DNA of 64,000 nt from Chthonomonadales bacterium (GTDB taxonomy: Bacteria > Armatimonadota > Chthonomonadetes > Chthonomonadales > CAJBBX01). The notes below the pieces were generated by a model. It was not told where the DNA came from. It was given only the letters and a program-made list of their open reading frames with translations, and searched no databases. The position numbers and the translations under genes were made by a program. The stretch is from the NCBI GenBank assembly GCA_037443035.1, contig JBBIPC010000001.1, positions 192,001 to 256,000 of the forward strand. The letters are read 5' to 3'. Shown in pieces: positions 29,840 through 40,585 of the stretch (position 1 is the first letter of the stretch; each line of letters begins with the position of its first letter).

Positions 29840-30940
29840 ATGACCACAGACACGAATCTCCTTCTCACGCCTCTTGCCGACGTCCACAAGGCGATGGGAG
29901 CACGCATGGTGCCATTCGCAGGATGGCTCATGCCGGTGCAATACGGCGGCGTGCTGGAGGAGACACGGGCGGTGCGTGAGCACGTTGGTGTCTTCGACAT
30001 CAGTCACATGGGCCGTTTTCGTGTGCGTGGCGAGGGCGCACTCGAACTGCTGCAGTACGCAACGACGAATGATGTGTCCGCATTGCGTGACGGCATGGCT
30101 CAATACACGCTGCTACTCGGCGATGATGGTGGCATCCTGGATGATCTCATCGTCTACCGCCTGAGCAGCACGGAATTTCTCGCTGTCGTGAATGCTTCGA
30201 ATGCGTCACGGGACTTCGACCTTCTGTCACGCCGGCTCGGTGCACGCACGGAACTAAGGGACGAGACACTGGATACGGCAATGTTGGCCATCCAAGGTCC
30301 CACGGTGGTTCAGCTCGTGAGCGCTCTGGCGGACCACGACTGCGCTCGGATTCCGCGTTTCGGCTTCAGCGCGTCGGAACTCGCCGGCACGAAGGGCACG
30401 ACCTGCCGGACTGGCTACACAGGTGAGGACGGCTTCGAGATCATTGTGTGTCGGGACGCCGCGGAACACGTGTGGCAGGCGGTCCTGGAGCTTGGCGCGG
30501 TGCCGTGCGGCCTGGGTGCACGCGACACACTGCGAGTGGAGGCGGGTTATCCTCTCTATGGGCATGAGATTCACGAAGGCACTACTCCCGTCGAGGCCGG
30601 TCTCATGTGGGCAGTCAAGTTGGACAAGGGGGACTTTCGCGGTAAGAGGGCAGTGCTTGAAGCCAAGCGAAACGGCGCCAAACGACGCCTCATGGGGCTG
30701 ATCATGGCAGGCCGCGCTATGCCGAGGCAGGGCTACCCTGTGCTGCACGGGTCAGCCAGGGCAGGGGAGGTTACTAGTGGGGCATTCTCTGTGACTCGCG
30801 AGGTCGCGGTCGGCATGGCTTACGTGGCAACGGGATCCGCCGATCCGGGGAGCCAGGTGCAGGTCCAGATCCGGGAACACCTCCATCCTGCCACCATCGT
30901 GCGGAAGAACGAGATTCTGCAGCGCAGCTCGCTGAAGTAG
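29840..30940 (+). CDS. gcvT: glycine cleavage system aminomethyltransferase T
   Basis: MVPFAGWLMPVQY, FDISHMG, RTGYTGEDGFE, GLGARDTLRVEAG. Confidence 0.97.
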   Translation: MTTDTNLLLTPLADVHKAMGARMVPFAGWLMPVQYGGVLEETRAVREHVGVFDISHMGRFRVRGEGALELLQYATTNDVSALRDGMAQYTLLLGDDGGILDDLIVYRLSSTEFLAVVNASNASRDFDLLSRRLGARTELRDETLDTAMLAIQGPTVVQLVSALADHDCARIPRFGFSASELAGTKGTTCRTGYTGEDGFEIIVCRDAAEHVWQAVLELGAVPCGLGARDTLRVEAGYPLYGHEIHEGTTPVEAGLMWAVKLDKGDFRGKRAVLEAKRNGAKRRLMGLIMAGRAMPRQGYPVLHGSARAGEVTSGAFSVTREVAVGMAYVATGSADPGSQVQVQIREHLHPATIVRKNEILQRSSLK

Positions 30941-30967
30941 CGCTCATAGAGACAAGGGGGTCCATCC

Positions 30968-31366
30968 ATGAACGATCCGAACATCCCGGAAGACTTGCTC
31001 TACACCGAGAGTCACGAGTGGGTACGAATCGATGGTGACGTGGCGACAGTCGGTATTACCGATCATGCACAGACAGAGCTTGGGGACGTAGTCTACCTCG
31101 ACATGCCAAAGGTGGGCACGAAACTGGAGTCCAAGGAAGTCTTCGGCACGGTCGAATCGGTCAAGACCGTCTCCGACCTGTACTCTCCTGTAAGTGGCGA
31201 GGTCATTGAAGTCAACACCGCACTGAACGAGCATAGCGAAGTAGTCAACACCGACCCCTATGGGGAAGGATGGATCATCCGTCTGAAGTTGGGGGGAGGA
31301 GCGTTGCCAGGTCACCTCCTCTCGGCGGAACAGTATCGCCGACACATCGAGGAGGGGGATCGGTGA
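30968..31366 (+). CDS. gcvH: glycine cleavage system H protein
   Basis: HEWV, GITDHAQ, ESVK (lipoyl-Lys), DPYGEGW. Confidence 0.97.
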   Translation: MNDPNIPEDLLYTESHEWVRIDGDVATVGITDHAQTELGDVVYLDMPKVGTKLESKEVFGTVESVKTVSDLYSPVSGEVIEVNTALNEHSEVVNTDPYGEGWIIRLKLGGGALPGHLLSAEQYRRHIEEGDR

Positions 31367-32721
31367 GCTACACGCCACATACTGAGCGCGATCGGACGGA
31401 GATGCTCCGAACCATCGGTGTGGAGACGTTGGAGGATCTCTTCGCCTCTGTACCGCCGAAGTTCCGTCTCGAGGCTCCACTGAACCTGCCGGAGCCCATG
31501 GACGAACTGACGCTCGTTCGTCACCTCGAGGAAGTGGCGGGGCTGAACAAGTCCACGTCGGACTGGTCGTGCTTCCTGGGGGCTGGTATCTACGATCATT
31601 TCGTGCCAGCGATCGTAGACGCTCTGGCTTCGCGCGGCGAGTTTGCCACAGCTTACACCCCGTATCAGCCGGAGCTCAGCCAGGGCATGCTACAGGCCAT
31701 GTACGAGTTTCAGACGCTTATCTGCATGCTGACGGGCATGGAAATGGCCAATGCGTCTATGTACGACGCGGCCACAGCCATGGCGGAGGCAGCTCTCATG
31801 CTGGTCGAAGTGAGCGGCAGACGACGAGTGGCCGTCTCGCGGGCAGTCCATCCGCATTACCGGCAGGTAGTTCGAACCTACCTCACGGCCTCGGACGTCG
31901 AGTACGTAGAGATCCCATGCGACGAGGGCGTCACAGATAACATCCGCCTGAAGGACGCCACTGAAACACCGGCCGCCTGCTTGGTCATCCAGCAACCGAA
32001 CTTCTTGGGCTGCGTCGAGGATGTGGACGCCATGCAGCGCATGTGTGAGTCGTCGGGTGCGAGGACCGTCGTATGCGCCGATCCAGTTAGCCTGGCGCTG
32101 CTGACTCCACCCGGCAAGTATGGAGTGGACGTCGTGGTGGGTGAGGGACAACCACTCGGATCGCCGCTGAGCTTCGGTGGACCATTGCTAGGGTTCTTCG
32201 CGTTCAAGAGCGAGTTCCTGCGGAAGTTCCCAGGCAGGATCGTGGGACGGACCCGCGATACGCAGGGCAGACGCGGTTTCACCATGACCCTGCGGACGCG
32301 CGAGCAGGATATCCGTCGCGAGAAAGCCACGTCCAACATCTGTACAAACGAGGCGCTCCTGGCTCTATCGGCAGCCATACATCTGGCCGCACTCGGACCG
32401 TCGGGCATGCGATCTGTTGCGGAGTTGTCACTGCAGAAGGCCCACTACGCTGCAAGGCACTTCTCCGAAGTTCCGGGCGTCCGAATGCTCTTCTCCAAGC
32501 CGTTCTTCAAGGAGTTCGCCCTGCGGCTCGACACACGCCGGTCGGTGCATGACGTCTGCCGGTATCTGGCAGACCATCACATCCTCGCGGGATATCCACT
32601 GGACACTGCGTATCCTGAGTGGCCGAACACGCTGCTCGTCTGCGTGACGGAGAAGCGCAGCAAGGCAGAGATAGATGACTATGCCCACTGCCTGCGAGCC
32701 GCGATGGAGGGGACGAAGTGA
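31363..32721 (+). CDS. gcvPA: glycine dehydrogenase subunit 1
   Basis: FLGAG, AYTPYQPELSQG, NASMYD, REQDIRREKATSNICTN. Confidence 0.96.
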   Translation: MSYTPHTERDRTEMLRTIGVETLEDLFASVPPKFRLEAPLNLPEPMDELTLVRHLEEVAGLNKSTSDWSCFLGAGIYDHFVPAIVDALASRGEFATAYTPYQPELSQGMLQAMYEFQTLICMLTGMEMANASMYDAATAMAEAALMLVEVSGRRRVAVSRAVHPHYRQVVRTYLTASDVEYVEIPCDEGVTDNIRLKDATETPAACLVIQQPNFLGCVEDVDAMQRMCESSGARTVVCADPVSLALLTPPGKYGVDVVVGEGQPLGSPLSFGGPLLGFFAFKSEFLRKFPGRIVGRTRDTQGRRGFTMTLRTREQDIRREKATSNICTNEALLALSAAIHLAALGPSGMRSVAELSLQKAHYAARHFSEVPGVRMLFSKPFFKEFALRLDTRRSVHDVCRYLADHHILAGYPLDTAYPEWPNTLLVCVTEKRSKAEIDDYAHCLRAAMEGTK

Positions 32722-34181
32722 TGAGCGAGCCCCTTCTGTTCGAAAAGAGCGTGCTGGGACGTACAGCTGTCCACCTACCGGCCTGCGACGTGCCAGAACT
32801 ACCCATAGACGAACTCCTTCCAGGCGTATCGCTGCGTCAAGAGCTTCCACTGCCAGAGCTATCGGAGCTCGACATCGTTCGGCACTACACGCGCCTGTCC
32901 CATCACAACTACGCCATAGACCTCGGTTTCTACCCGCTCGGCTCCTGCACGATGAAGTACAATCCGAAGCTGCACGAGAGGGCGGCGCGGCTTCCCGGCT
33001 TCGTGAACATACATCCCTTGCAGCCGGTAGAAACCGTCCAGGGAGCACTTGCTCTCATCCACGCCGTGGAAACGGCACTCGCCGAGATCGCAGGCATGGA
33101 CGCGGCGACGATCCAACCTGCAGCAGGCGCCCACGGCGAGCTTCTGAGCCTCATGATGATACGGAAGTATCATCGCAGCCGTGGGAGTTCTGACCGCACA
33201 ACGGTGCTGATTCCCGATTCGGCCCATGGCACCAATCCTGCAAGCGCGGCGCGGTGCGGCTTTCGCGTACGGAGCATCCCGACGGATTCACATGGCCTGA
33301 CGAACATCGGCGCTCTCAGAGATGCACTGGACGAGACCGTCGCCGCCCTCATGCTAACGAACCCCAGCACCCTCGGCCTCTTCGAGACGAACGTTGCCGA
33401 AATATGCGAACTGGTTCACGGCGCAGGCGGTCTGGTCTACTGCGATGGGGCGAATATGAATGCCATCGTCGGGATCGCGCGTCCAGGTGACATGGGTTTC
33501 GACGTGATGCATTTCAATCTCCACAAGACGTTCAGTACGCCCCACGGTGGAGGCGGGCCAGGTTGCGGGGCCATTGCTGTGAAGGAGTGTCTCGAGCCGT
33601 TTCTTCCAGCGCCTCGCGTGTGCAGGATAGCGGAAAGCCGGTTCGAGCTGGACACGGATAGACCAGGCTCAGTCGGCCGGATACATTCGTTCTACGGTGC
33701 CTTCCTGGTCGCGGTACGAGCCTATGCCTACATCCGAACCCTAGGCCCTGAAGGGTTACGCGACGTGGCCGAGCATGCGGTTCTCAACGCGAACTACGTC
33801 CGAGCTAGGCTACAAGCCTATTATGAGGTGCCATACCCCTCACTCTGTATGCACGAAGTCGTGCTCTCAGCATCGCGCCAGAAGCAGCGCTCGGGGGTAC
33901 GAGCGCTGGACATTAGCAAGCGTCTGATGGATTACGGCTTCCACCCGCCGACGAACTACTTCCCGCTCATCGTGCCGGAAGCTTTGATGATCGAACCTAC
34001 GGAGACGGAAAGCAAGGAGACACTGGACGCGTTTTGCGACGCGATGATCGCAATTGCCCACGAAGCCGAGACGGATCCAGATCTCGTCAAGAGCGCTCCT
34101 CATACGACCGTCATTTCGCGGCTGGACGAGACCGCAGCCGTCAAACAGCTCGACGTGCGCTGGGCGGATGCCTCGTCCTGA
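32718..34181 (+). CDS. gcvPB: glycine dehydrogenase subunit 2
   Basis: YPLGSCTMKYNP, SAHGTNPASA, NLHKTFSTPHGGGGPG, IEPTETE. Confidence 0.96.
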   Translation: MMSEPLLFEKSVLGRTAVHLPACDVPELPIDELLPGVSLRQELPLPELSELDIVRHYTRLSHHNYAIDLGFYPLGSCTMKYNPKLHERAARLPGFVNIHPLQPVETVQGALALIHAVETALAEIAGMDAATIQPAAGAHGELLSLMMIRKYHRSRGSSDRTTVLIPDSAHGTNPASAARCGFRVRSIPTDSHGLTNIGALRDALDETVAALMLTNPSTLGLFETNVAEICELVHGAGGLVYCDGANMNAIVGIARPGDMGFDVMHFNLHKTFSTPHGGGGPGCGAIAVKECLEPFLPAPRVCRIAESRFELDTDRPGSVGRIHSFYGAFLVAVRAYAYIRTLGPEGLRDVAEHAVLNANYVRARLQAYYEVPYPSLCMHEVVLSASRQKQRSGVRALDISKRLMDYGFHPPTNYFPLIVPEALMIEPTETESKETLDAFCDAMIAIAHEAETDPDLVKSAPHTTVISRLDETAAVKQLDVRWADASS

Positions 34182-34929
34182 ACTGAGACTTCTCTTGGAT
34201 CCGGCAGGGGAGGCGTCGCTCAACATGAGCCGCGACGCCGTGATGCTGGAACGCGCTAGCAGGCCGGCCATTCGCTTCTACGGTTGGTCAGAACCGAGTA
34301 TCTCGCTCGGCAAGCATCAGCAAGTATCCCGCGCGGTACATGCCGCGCGCTGCTGCGAACTCGGTGTGCGCATCGTCCGCCGCCCGACGGGCGGCAAGGC
34401 CGTCCTCCATGGCCATGACCTGACATTCAGTGTCGCACTGCCCCTGTCGCTGCTTCCTCGGGATCGAACCAGTGTTGGGGCGAGCCACTGCCTGATCATG
34501 GGCGCAGTAGCAACTGCTCTGAAACAGCTAGGCGTTACTGTGCGCCACGGTTTCGATGTGCCTTCTGTTCCGTCGCTATCGCCCGCTGATTGCTTTCTGC
34601 ATGTCAGCGAAGCTGACCTTGCGTACGAAGATGGCACGAAAGCAGCGGGTGGTGCCCAGGCGCGCTCGAGATCCGGGTTGCTGCAGCAAGTGTCGATACC
34701 TCTCGGTTCTCCTCGTGTGCCTCCGAACGAGGTCTTCGTCGGCCCAACGGCGCCTATCGGCAACCGGCTATCGGGACTCGACATCGAGGAGCTTCAGAGA
34801 TGCATTGCTGTCCATCTCGCGCGTGCCATCGGTGGTGAGATGGTCGAGGACGCCTGGTCCGACGATGAAGAGGCCGCGGCGCGCGAGCGCGCGGCCATGT
34901 TCGCCGTTGACACAACCGCGGCATTGTGA
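34168..34929 (+). CDS. lipoate-protein ligase / octanoyltransferase (LipM/LplA-like)
   Basis: NMSRD, RFYGW, VRRPTGGKAVLH, KAAGGAQ; adjacent to the gcv genes. Confidence 0.85.
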   Translation: MPRPELRLLLDPAGEASLNMSRDAVMLERASRPAIRFYGWSEPSISLGKHQQVSRAVHAARCCELGVRIVRRPTGGKAVLHGHDLTFSVALPLSLLPRDRTSVGASHCLIMGAVATALKQLGVTVRHGFDVPSVPSLSPADCFLHVSEADLAYEDGTKAAGGAQARSRSGLLQQVSIPLGSPRVPPNEVFVGPTAPIGNRLSGLDIEELQRCIAVHLARAIGGEMVEDAWSDDEEAAARERAAMFAVDTTAAL

Positions 34930-34935
34930 TATTAT
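34907..34935 (+). promoter_or_regulatory. sigma70-type promoter with extended -10, upstream of the response regulator
   Basis: TTGACA-17 nt-TATTAT, with TG one base before the -10. Confidence 0.7.
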
Positions 34936-35012
34936 CCTTCTCGATCTCGTGAGAGCTGCCTGTGAAAGGCAGACAAGTGTATGCTCATTCCACGAAAGGG
35001 GTCCACGTCGGC

Positions 35013-35426
35013 ATGGTGAGAAAGAAGAAAATCCTCGCGGTTGACGACGAGAAAGCCATAGTTCGCTTGGTGCAGGTGAATCTCGAGCGAGAGGGCTACG
35101 AGGTCGTCACTGCCTATGATGGACGGGAGGCCCTGGAGAAGGTCGCGAGTGAGCGGCCGGACCTCATCGTTCTCGATGTCATGATGCCGTACATGGACGG
35201 CTTCGAGGTACTTCAACAGCTCAAGAAGGACCCTGAGACCCGCGACATTCCGGTGATCATGCTGACAGCCAAGGCTCAAGACGCCGATGTCTTCCGTGGC
35301 TGGCAGTCCGGCGTGGATTGTTACCTGACGAAGCCCTTCAACCCGATGGAGCTCAAGGCCTTCGTGAAGCGCGTGTTCAAGTCCCTGGAAGACGAGGCCG
35401 AGGGTGAACGGCGTATACAGTTGTAA
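35013..35426 (+). CDS. single-domain response regulator (receiver only)
   Basis: ILAVDDE, LDVMMP, MLTA, YLTKPF; no output domain. Confidence 0.92.
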   Translation: MVRKKKILAVDDEKAIVRLVQVNLEREGYEVVTAYDGREALEKVASERPDLIVLDVMMPYMDGFEVLQQLKKDPETRDIPVIMLTAKAQDADVFRGWQSGVDCYLTKPFNPMELKAFVKRVFKSLEDEAEGERRIQL

Positions 35427-35482
35427 GAGCTGGTATCTGAGAGCTGCGGTGAATGAGCCAGCATGTGCACAGGATATGAAGA

Positions 35483-35704
35483 ATGTCTGACGCTGGACGG
35501 AAAACAACCCTGGTCGTGACGCTGATCTCGCTGGCGGCATCTATCGCCGTGGTCTCGAGCCTCTACTGGTGGCGAATGCGGCTGGCACGGCAGGATCGGC
35601 ATGCGCTACGCGGCGTGAGCGAGATCCTCTCGGAGTGCAACGCCCGCATGCGGGACATTCAGGCGCAGCTCCGCTCTGCGCCGGTCGGCGAGGGGCAGAC
35701 ATAA
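35483..35704 (+). CDS. small single-TM hypothetical protein
   Basis: N-terminal TM helix then a helical soluble tail; lies between the regulator and a terminator-like hairpin. Confidence 0.6.
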   Translation: MSDAGRKTTLVVTLISLAASIAVVSSLYWWRMRLARQDRHALRGVSEILSECNARMRDIQAQLRSAPVGEGQT

Positions 35705-35737
35705 CCTCGAGTGCTCGTCCGGGGGGAGTGGTCGGAA

Positions 35738-35762
35738 AGGGCTAGGGGTCGCTCCTAGCCCT
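35738..35762. terminator. stem-loop between convergent genes
   Basis: AGGGCTAGG-ggtcgct-CCTAGCCCT, perfect 9-bp stem. Confidence 0.6.
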
Positions 35763-35820
35763 CATTGTTACGACGGCACACAACGTCCGATAATCACTGT
35801 TATGTTACGTGAGAGCGATG

Positions 35821-36324
35821 CTATGAGTCCGTCTGTGGCTCAACGCTACGGAAGACGGACTCCGCGACATAGATCGGCGACTTGGTACGCACGGCGATAG
35901 CGATGGCGTCGGACGGGCGACAATCGATCTCGTACGTCTGGTCGTTCACCGTGAGGCACAGCTTGGCGTAGAACGTGTCCTGCCAGAGGTCATCCACGAT
36001 CACATGGTCCACCGTTGCGCCGATGCGGTCGAAAATGATGCGGATCAGGTCGTGCGTCATCGGCCGGTCCAGCCTCTCATCGTGCAGCGCGGTAGAGATG
36101 GCCAGAGCCTCGTACCGGCCGATCCAAATAGGCACCTTGCGCTCCCGCCGATCCTGAAGCAAGACGAAGGTCTGAGACGGGCCGCCGTGCTCCGTGAGGT
36201 CCCCGTGCTCGAAGACGCCAACGACAGAGACTTCTTTCTCGTCCAGACGCCGCTCCTCCGAGTCTTCTTCTGTGCGCTCTTCGTCGTCCCAGTCGTCGAA
36301 TAGCTCTTTGAAGTCTTCAGACAC
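35821..36324 (-). CDS. bifunctional nuclease family protein (DUF151)
   Basis: PIWIGRYEA, RPMTHDL, DCRPSDAIAIA. Confidence 0.92.
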   Translation of the reverse strand: MSEDFKELFDDWDDEERTEEDSEERRLDEKEVSVVGVFEHGDLTEHGGPSQTFVLLQDRRERKVPIWIGRYEALAISTALHDERLDRPMTHDLIRIIFDRIGATVDHVIVDDLWQDTFYAKLCLTVNDQTYEIDCRPSDAIAIAVRTKSPIYVAESVFRSVEPQTDS

Positions 36325-36351
36325 CGTCGTGCTCCAGTTCCAGCTTCCTGC

Positions 36352-37632
36352 TCAGTCCACGTCGGCGCTCTTCATGGAGCGCTCCACCACTTTCAAGAAC
36401 TCGGCGTTGCTTTTCGTATGCTTTAGACGATCGATGAGGAGTTCGGTTGCCTCCATGCCCGGAAGACCAGACAGCAGGCGTCGGAGCTGCGTTATCTTGC
36501 GTAGTGTATCCTCGTCATAGAGCAGTTCGTCATGCCTCGTGCCAGAGCGGAGGATGTCCACTGCCGGAAAGATTCGCCGGTCGGCAAGCCCGCGGTCCAG
36601 ATCCAGCTCCATGTTGCCCGTCCCCTTGAACTCCTCGAAGATGTGGTCGTCCATGCGGCTTCCCGTCTCGATGAGAGCCGTCGCCAGTATCGTAAGGCTG
36701 CCGCCGTTCTCAATGTTTCGGGCGGCACCGAAGAACCGCTTCGGACGGTAGAGCGCAGCGGGATCGAGACCACCGGAAAGCGTCCTTCCGCTGGGGTTGA
36801 CCGTGAGGTTCGATGCCCTTGTATATCGTGTCAGGCTATCCATGAGCACGATGACGTCCTTACCGGACTCGACAAGCCTCTTGGCCTGCTCCAACACGAT
36901 CTCGGCAACGCGCATGTGATTCTCGGGGGTCTCATCGAACGTGGAGCTGATGACTTCGCCTTTCACTGAACGTCGAATGTCGGTCACTTCTTCTGGACGC
37001 TCGTCAATGAGTAGTACCAGGAGCACCATCTCGGGATGATTAGCCGCCACGGCGTTGGCCACGGTCTTGAGCAAGGTCGTTTTCCCCGCCTTCGGCGGCG
37101 CCACGATCATCCCACGCTGTCCCTTGCCGATGGGCGCAATAATGTCGATCAGCCGCCCAGCGATCTCGCCTTGCGTGGTTTCCAGGACGATTCGCTCATT
37201 GGGGTAGATAGGAACCAGGTCGTCGAAGCTCGTTCTCCCGCGGGCGACTTCCGGATCGAGGTCATTGACCTGCTCCACGCGCAGAAGGCCGTAGTACTTC
37301 TCAGAGTCCTTGGGAGGGCGCGCCTGACCCGACACCTGGTCGCCCGTGCGCAGGCCGAATCTCTTGATCTGCGTCTGGGACACATAGATGTCGTCGGCTC
37401 GAGGCGTGAAATCGTTTCTCCTCAAGAAACCCCACCCCTCAGGCAGGATCTCGAGCACACCCTTCACGGACATCGCCTGACTGCGATCGCTCGCGTGGTC
37501 GCCTTGCTGGCGAGCTCCGTCGTCACGGTTCTGGCTTTCCGTTGTTACGGCCAGGTCGTCCACGGCGACAGGATCCGGTTGTGGAGGCACGGGAGCATGG
37601 TCGGCCTCCGGCTTGCGATTGCGAGAAGACAT
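36352..37632 (-). CDS. rho: transcription termination factor Rho
   Basis: [54 protein letters not shown]. Confidence 0.97.
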   Translation of the reverse strand: MSSRNRKPEADHAPVPPQPDPVAVDDLAVTTESQNRDDGARQQGDHASDRSQAMSVKGVLEILPEGWGFLRRNDFTPRADDIYVSQTQIKRFGLRTGDQVSGQARPPKDSEKYYGLLRVEQVNDLDPEVARGRTSFDDLVPIYPNERIVLETTQGEIAGRLIDIIAPIGKGQRGMIVAPPKAGKTTLLKTVANAVAANHPEMVLLVLLIDERPEEVTDIRRSVKGEVISSTFDETPENHMRVAEIVLEQAKRLVESGKDVIVLMDSLTRYTRASNLTVNPSGRTLSGGLDPAALYRPKRFFGAARNIENGGSLTILATALIETGSRMDDHIFEEFKGTGNMELDLDRGLADRRIFPAVDILRSGTRHDELLYDEDTLRKITQLRRLLSGLPGMEATELLIDRLKHTKSNAEFLKVVERSMKSADVD

Positions 37633-37697
37633 AGATGTGCGTGACCTCTGTGAGGCAGATTTCGATGACTGTCCTGCGCCCTGCGCGCGAATGCGTC

Positions 37698-38240
37698 TCA
37701 CGTGTTCACCACCCCGATGTATGGGAGATTGCGGTACAAGCCGCGATCGTCGAGGCCGTACCCTACTACGAACTGATCTTCCACTACGAACCCGCAATAC
37801 TCGACCGGCACTGCGTACCTCCGTCTGGACGGCTTGGACAGCAGCGCACACGTGGCTACGGTCGCGGCTCCGCGCTGCATCAGCAGAGAGCGGATCTCGC
37901 GCAATGTCAATCCCGTATCCACAATGTCTTCGACGATAAGCACGTGCCTGTCTTTCACGGATCGCTCTATGTCCAGCCGGATCTGGACATCTCCGCTCGA
38001 CGTGCGGCACATGCCGTAGGACTTCACAACCATGACATCCACTTCGACAGGCACGGTGATGTGCCGCACCAGATCGCTCACGAACGGCAAGGCGCCCAGC
38101 AATAGCCCCACAACCACCAGATCGCGCCCAGCGTAGTCTCGTGAGATGGCTTCCCCCAGCTCCCCTACCCTTTTCGAGATCGCCTCCGCCGTGATCAGGA
38201 GATCGGGAGTCTGGTTTCGGCCTGCGGTCAGATCGGTCAT
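37698..38240 (-). CDS. hpt: hypoxanthine phosphoribosyltransferase
   Basis: [36 protein letters not shown] overlap with guaA. Confidence 0.95.
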   Translation of the reverse strand: MTDLTAGRNQTPDLLITAEAISKRVGELGEAISRDYAGRDLVVVGLLLGALPFVSDLVRHITVPVEVDVMVVKSYGMCRTSSGDVQIRLDIERSVKDRHVLIVEDIVDTGLTLREIRSLLMQRGAATVATCALLSKPSRRRYAVPVEYCGFVVEDQFVVGYGLDDRGLYRNLPYIGVVNT

Positions 38241-39778
38241 TCCCATTCGATGGTAGCTGGCGGCTTAGAGCTTATGTCATAGACAACACGGTTGACGCCG
38301 GGCACCTCGTTCGTGATGCGGTTGCTCACTCTCTGCAACAGATCGTATGGCAGCCTGGCCCAGTCCGCTGTCATGGCGTCTTCGCTGGTGACGGCCCGGA
38401 GAATGACCGGATGGGAGTAGGTCCGTGCGTCTCCCATGACCCCCACACTGCGTATGCCTGGCGCCAACGCGGCGAAGGCCTGCCACGTCTGCCGGTAAAG
38501 ACCGGCCAACTTCAGTTCCTCGACGAAGATCGCGTCGGCTCTACGCAGTGTCTCCAGCCGCTGTCGAGTCACTTCTCCCGTGATGCGAATGGCCAACCCC
38601 GGTCCAGGGAACGGATGGCGCCAGACGATATTCTCCGGCAGGCCAAGCTGTTCTGCCACATCGCGTACTTCGTCCTTGAAGAGGTACCTGAGTGGCTCGA
38701 TCACCTCGAGTCCCATCTTCTCCGGCAACCCGCCGACATTATGGTGGGTCTTGATCGTCGCAGCCACTCCACCGCCACTCTCTATAACGTCAGGGTACAA
38801 AGTTCCTTGCGCCAAGAAGGTTACGCCGGGAATGGACTTGGCATGCTCTTCGAACACACGGACGAACTGCTCGCCGATCCTCCTGCGCTTCTCCTCCGGA
38901 TCCACCACGCCCTCCAACTGCTGGAGGAAGCGTTGCGATGCGTCCACGTACACCAAACGTATTCCCAGGGCAGCCGCGAAATCCTGCCTCACTTCCTCAG
39001 CTTCGCCTTGTCGCAGCAGCCCATGGTCCACGAACACACAGGTCAGTCGGTCCCCGATAGCACGATGGACGAGGGCGGCCACGGTGCAGGAATCTACACC
39101 TCCCGATACCCCACATACGACGCCCTTATCGCCCACCGTGTTCCGTATCGCTGCGATAGCCTCGTCAACGAAGGAGGCCGCGGTCCACAGGCCATGGCAG
39201 CCGCACACATCCCGCACGAAGCGGCACAGCACGTCCTTTCCGAAGGGCGTGTGGGCAACCTCCGGATGGAACTGCACCCCGTACAGCTTTCGCTGAACGT
39301 CTGCCATCGCCGCAACAGGGGTCGCATCCGTTCTCGCGGTTACGACGAATCCAGGAGGTGGCGCCACCACGCTGTCTCCGTGACTCATCCAACAGTGCGC
39401 GCCATCCGCTACGCCTTCTAGCAACGGATCCCGATCATGGATCCTCAGCGTCGCCAGTCCATATTCCCGTGAGACGACTTTCTGGACGTCGCCACCGAGT
39501 TGCATGGCCATGAGCTGATGACCGTAGCATATGCCAAGCACGGGCACGCCCAGGGCATACACCCCGGGGTCCACCACCGGCGCTCCTTCTTCGTACACAC
39601 TCGCCGGGCCGCCCGAGAATACGAGCCCCATAGGCCGCCGTCGCGCGATGTCCTCCACGGGTGTATGGAATGGCAGGATCTCGCAGTACACACGGCATTC
39701 GCGAATTCGCCTGGCGATGAGCTGTGTGTACTGAGCGCCGAAGTCGAGAATGATGACGGTTTCGTCGGTCGGATTCAC
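38237..39778 (-). CDS. guaA: GMP synthase (glutamine-hydrolysing)
   Basis: [33 protein letters not shown]. Confidence 0.98.
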   Translation of the reverse strand: MNPTDETVIILDFGAQYTQLIARRIRECRVYCEILPFHTPVEDIARRRPMGLVFSGGPASVYEEGAPVVDPGVYALGVPVLGICYGHQLMAMQLGGDVQKVVSREYGLATLRIHDRDPLLEGVADGAHCWMSHGDSVVAPPPGFVVTARTDATPVAAMADVQRKLYGVQFHPEVAHTPFGKDVLCRFVRDVCGCHGLWTAASFVDEAIAAIRNTVGDKGVVCGVSGGVDSCTVAALVHRAIGDRLTCVFVDHGLLRQGEAEEVRQDFAAALGIRLVYVDASQRFLQQLEGVVDPEEKRRRIGEQFVRVFEEHAKSIPGVTFLAQGTLYPDVIESGGGVAATIKTHHNVGGLPEKMGLEVIEPLRYLFKDEVRDVAEQLGLPENIVWRHPFPGPGLAIRITGEVTRQRLETLRRADAIFVEELKLAGLYRQTWQAFAALAPGIRSVGVMGDARTYSHPVILRAVTSEDAMTADWARLPYDLLQRVSNRITNEVPGVNRVVYDISSKPPATIEWE

Positions 39779-39866
39779 GCGCGAGGGATCCGAACTGGAA
39801 CGAACAAGCGCATAGGGATGGCCCAGGGTGAGAACGAAGGTGTTCGGTACGGCAACGTACGTCGCT

Positions 39867-39896
39867 AGTATATCGCAACCCCTATGAGACTGTCAA
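39867..39896 (-). promoter_or_regulatory. sigma70-type promoter upstream of guaA-hpt
   Basis: Minus strand TTGACA-18 nt-TATACT. Confidence 0.7.
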
Positions 39897-39925
39897 GCTT
39901 TGGTGGGAGAACGCACGAACAGCGC

Positions 39926-39955
39926 TTGACAAGTATCCGTCGGCCGTTCTAGAAT
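39926..39955 (+). promoter_or_regulatory. sigma70-type promoter of tRNA-Gly, back-to-back with the guaA promoter
   Basis: TTGACA-18 nt-TAGAAT, 10 nt upstream of the tRNA. Confidence 0.75.
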
Positions 39956-39965
39956 AGGAGTGTCT

Positions 39966-40037
39966 GCGGGAATAGCTCAGTGGTAGAGCATCTGCTTCCC
40001 AAGCAGAGGGTCGCGGGTTCGAGTCCCGTTTCCCGCT
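39966..40037 (+). tRNA. tRNA-Gly(CCC), CCA not encoded
   Basis: GCGGGAA/TTCCCGC acceptor, TCTGC-TTCCCAA-GCAGA, GGTTCGAGTCC. Confidence 0.96.
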
Positions 40038-40189
40038 CGCTTCAAGGCAGAGAGGACAGATTCTGAGCGTGTTCTGACCTTCTGGGTGCGCCAAGCGGCC
40101 CGTACCGGCGATCGGCATACAAGTAGGGCATGCGCTGGCCACTTGCCTCGTGCCTCTTGCCTATCCGCAACGCCGCTCTCTACCCTCGC

Positions 40190-40342
40190 TGCTGGCTTGT
40201 CGCCCTGGTCCGCTGCCTCGCGGTACCACTCCACCGCTTTCCTCGCGTCCTTCGCTACGCCGATGCCATGCCAATACCAATAGCCCAGGTTGTACTGCGC
40301 CTCGGCATGTCCCTGCTCGGACGCCTTGCGGTACCAGGTGAA
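40190..40342 (-). pseudogene. Sel1-like repeat gene fragment
   Basis: FTWYRKASEQGHAEAQYNLGYWYWHGIGVAKDARKAVEWYREAADQG with no plausible start of its own. Confidence 0.75.
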
Positions 40343-40585
40343 GAATCGCCAGCGCATCCACCAGACCCAGCCCGTACCTAAGTTCGAGCGGACCGATCTC
40401 GTCCACCACCAGCAAGTCGCAAGGCCCGGCATCCCGGAGAACGCGGTTCGCCCAGGCAGCCGTGCCGCAGTCGAACCACCAGCGACCGGAACGACCGACG
40501 GGGCGTCCCACGGGAGGCTCCAGATCCGCCAGTGGCCGTCGTTCAATGGATCGTAGGTCCAAGGCGAGAATCTGACGGCGCTCCC
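40343..40585 (-). pseudogene. NTPase (NTPase_1/DUF2478-like) internal fragment
   Basis: GRWWFD...WAN...CDLLVVDEIGPLE Walker B region present; Walker A absent. Confidence 0.6.

Noticed and set aside
29700..29840. Glycine riboswitch upstream of gcvT
   Set aside because: No intergenic space; gcvT starts 1 nt after the upstream stop
37633..38010. N-terminal extension of Rho to 552 aa
   Set aside because: Overlaps hpt in another frame and has no Rho-like sequence
39779..39866. Purine riboswitch upstream of guaA
   Set aside because: No recognisable three-way-junction consensus in the leader
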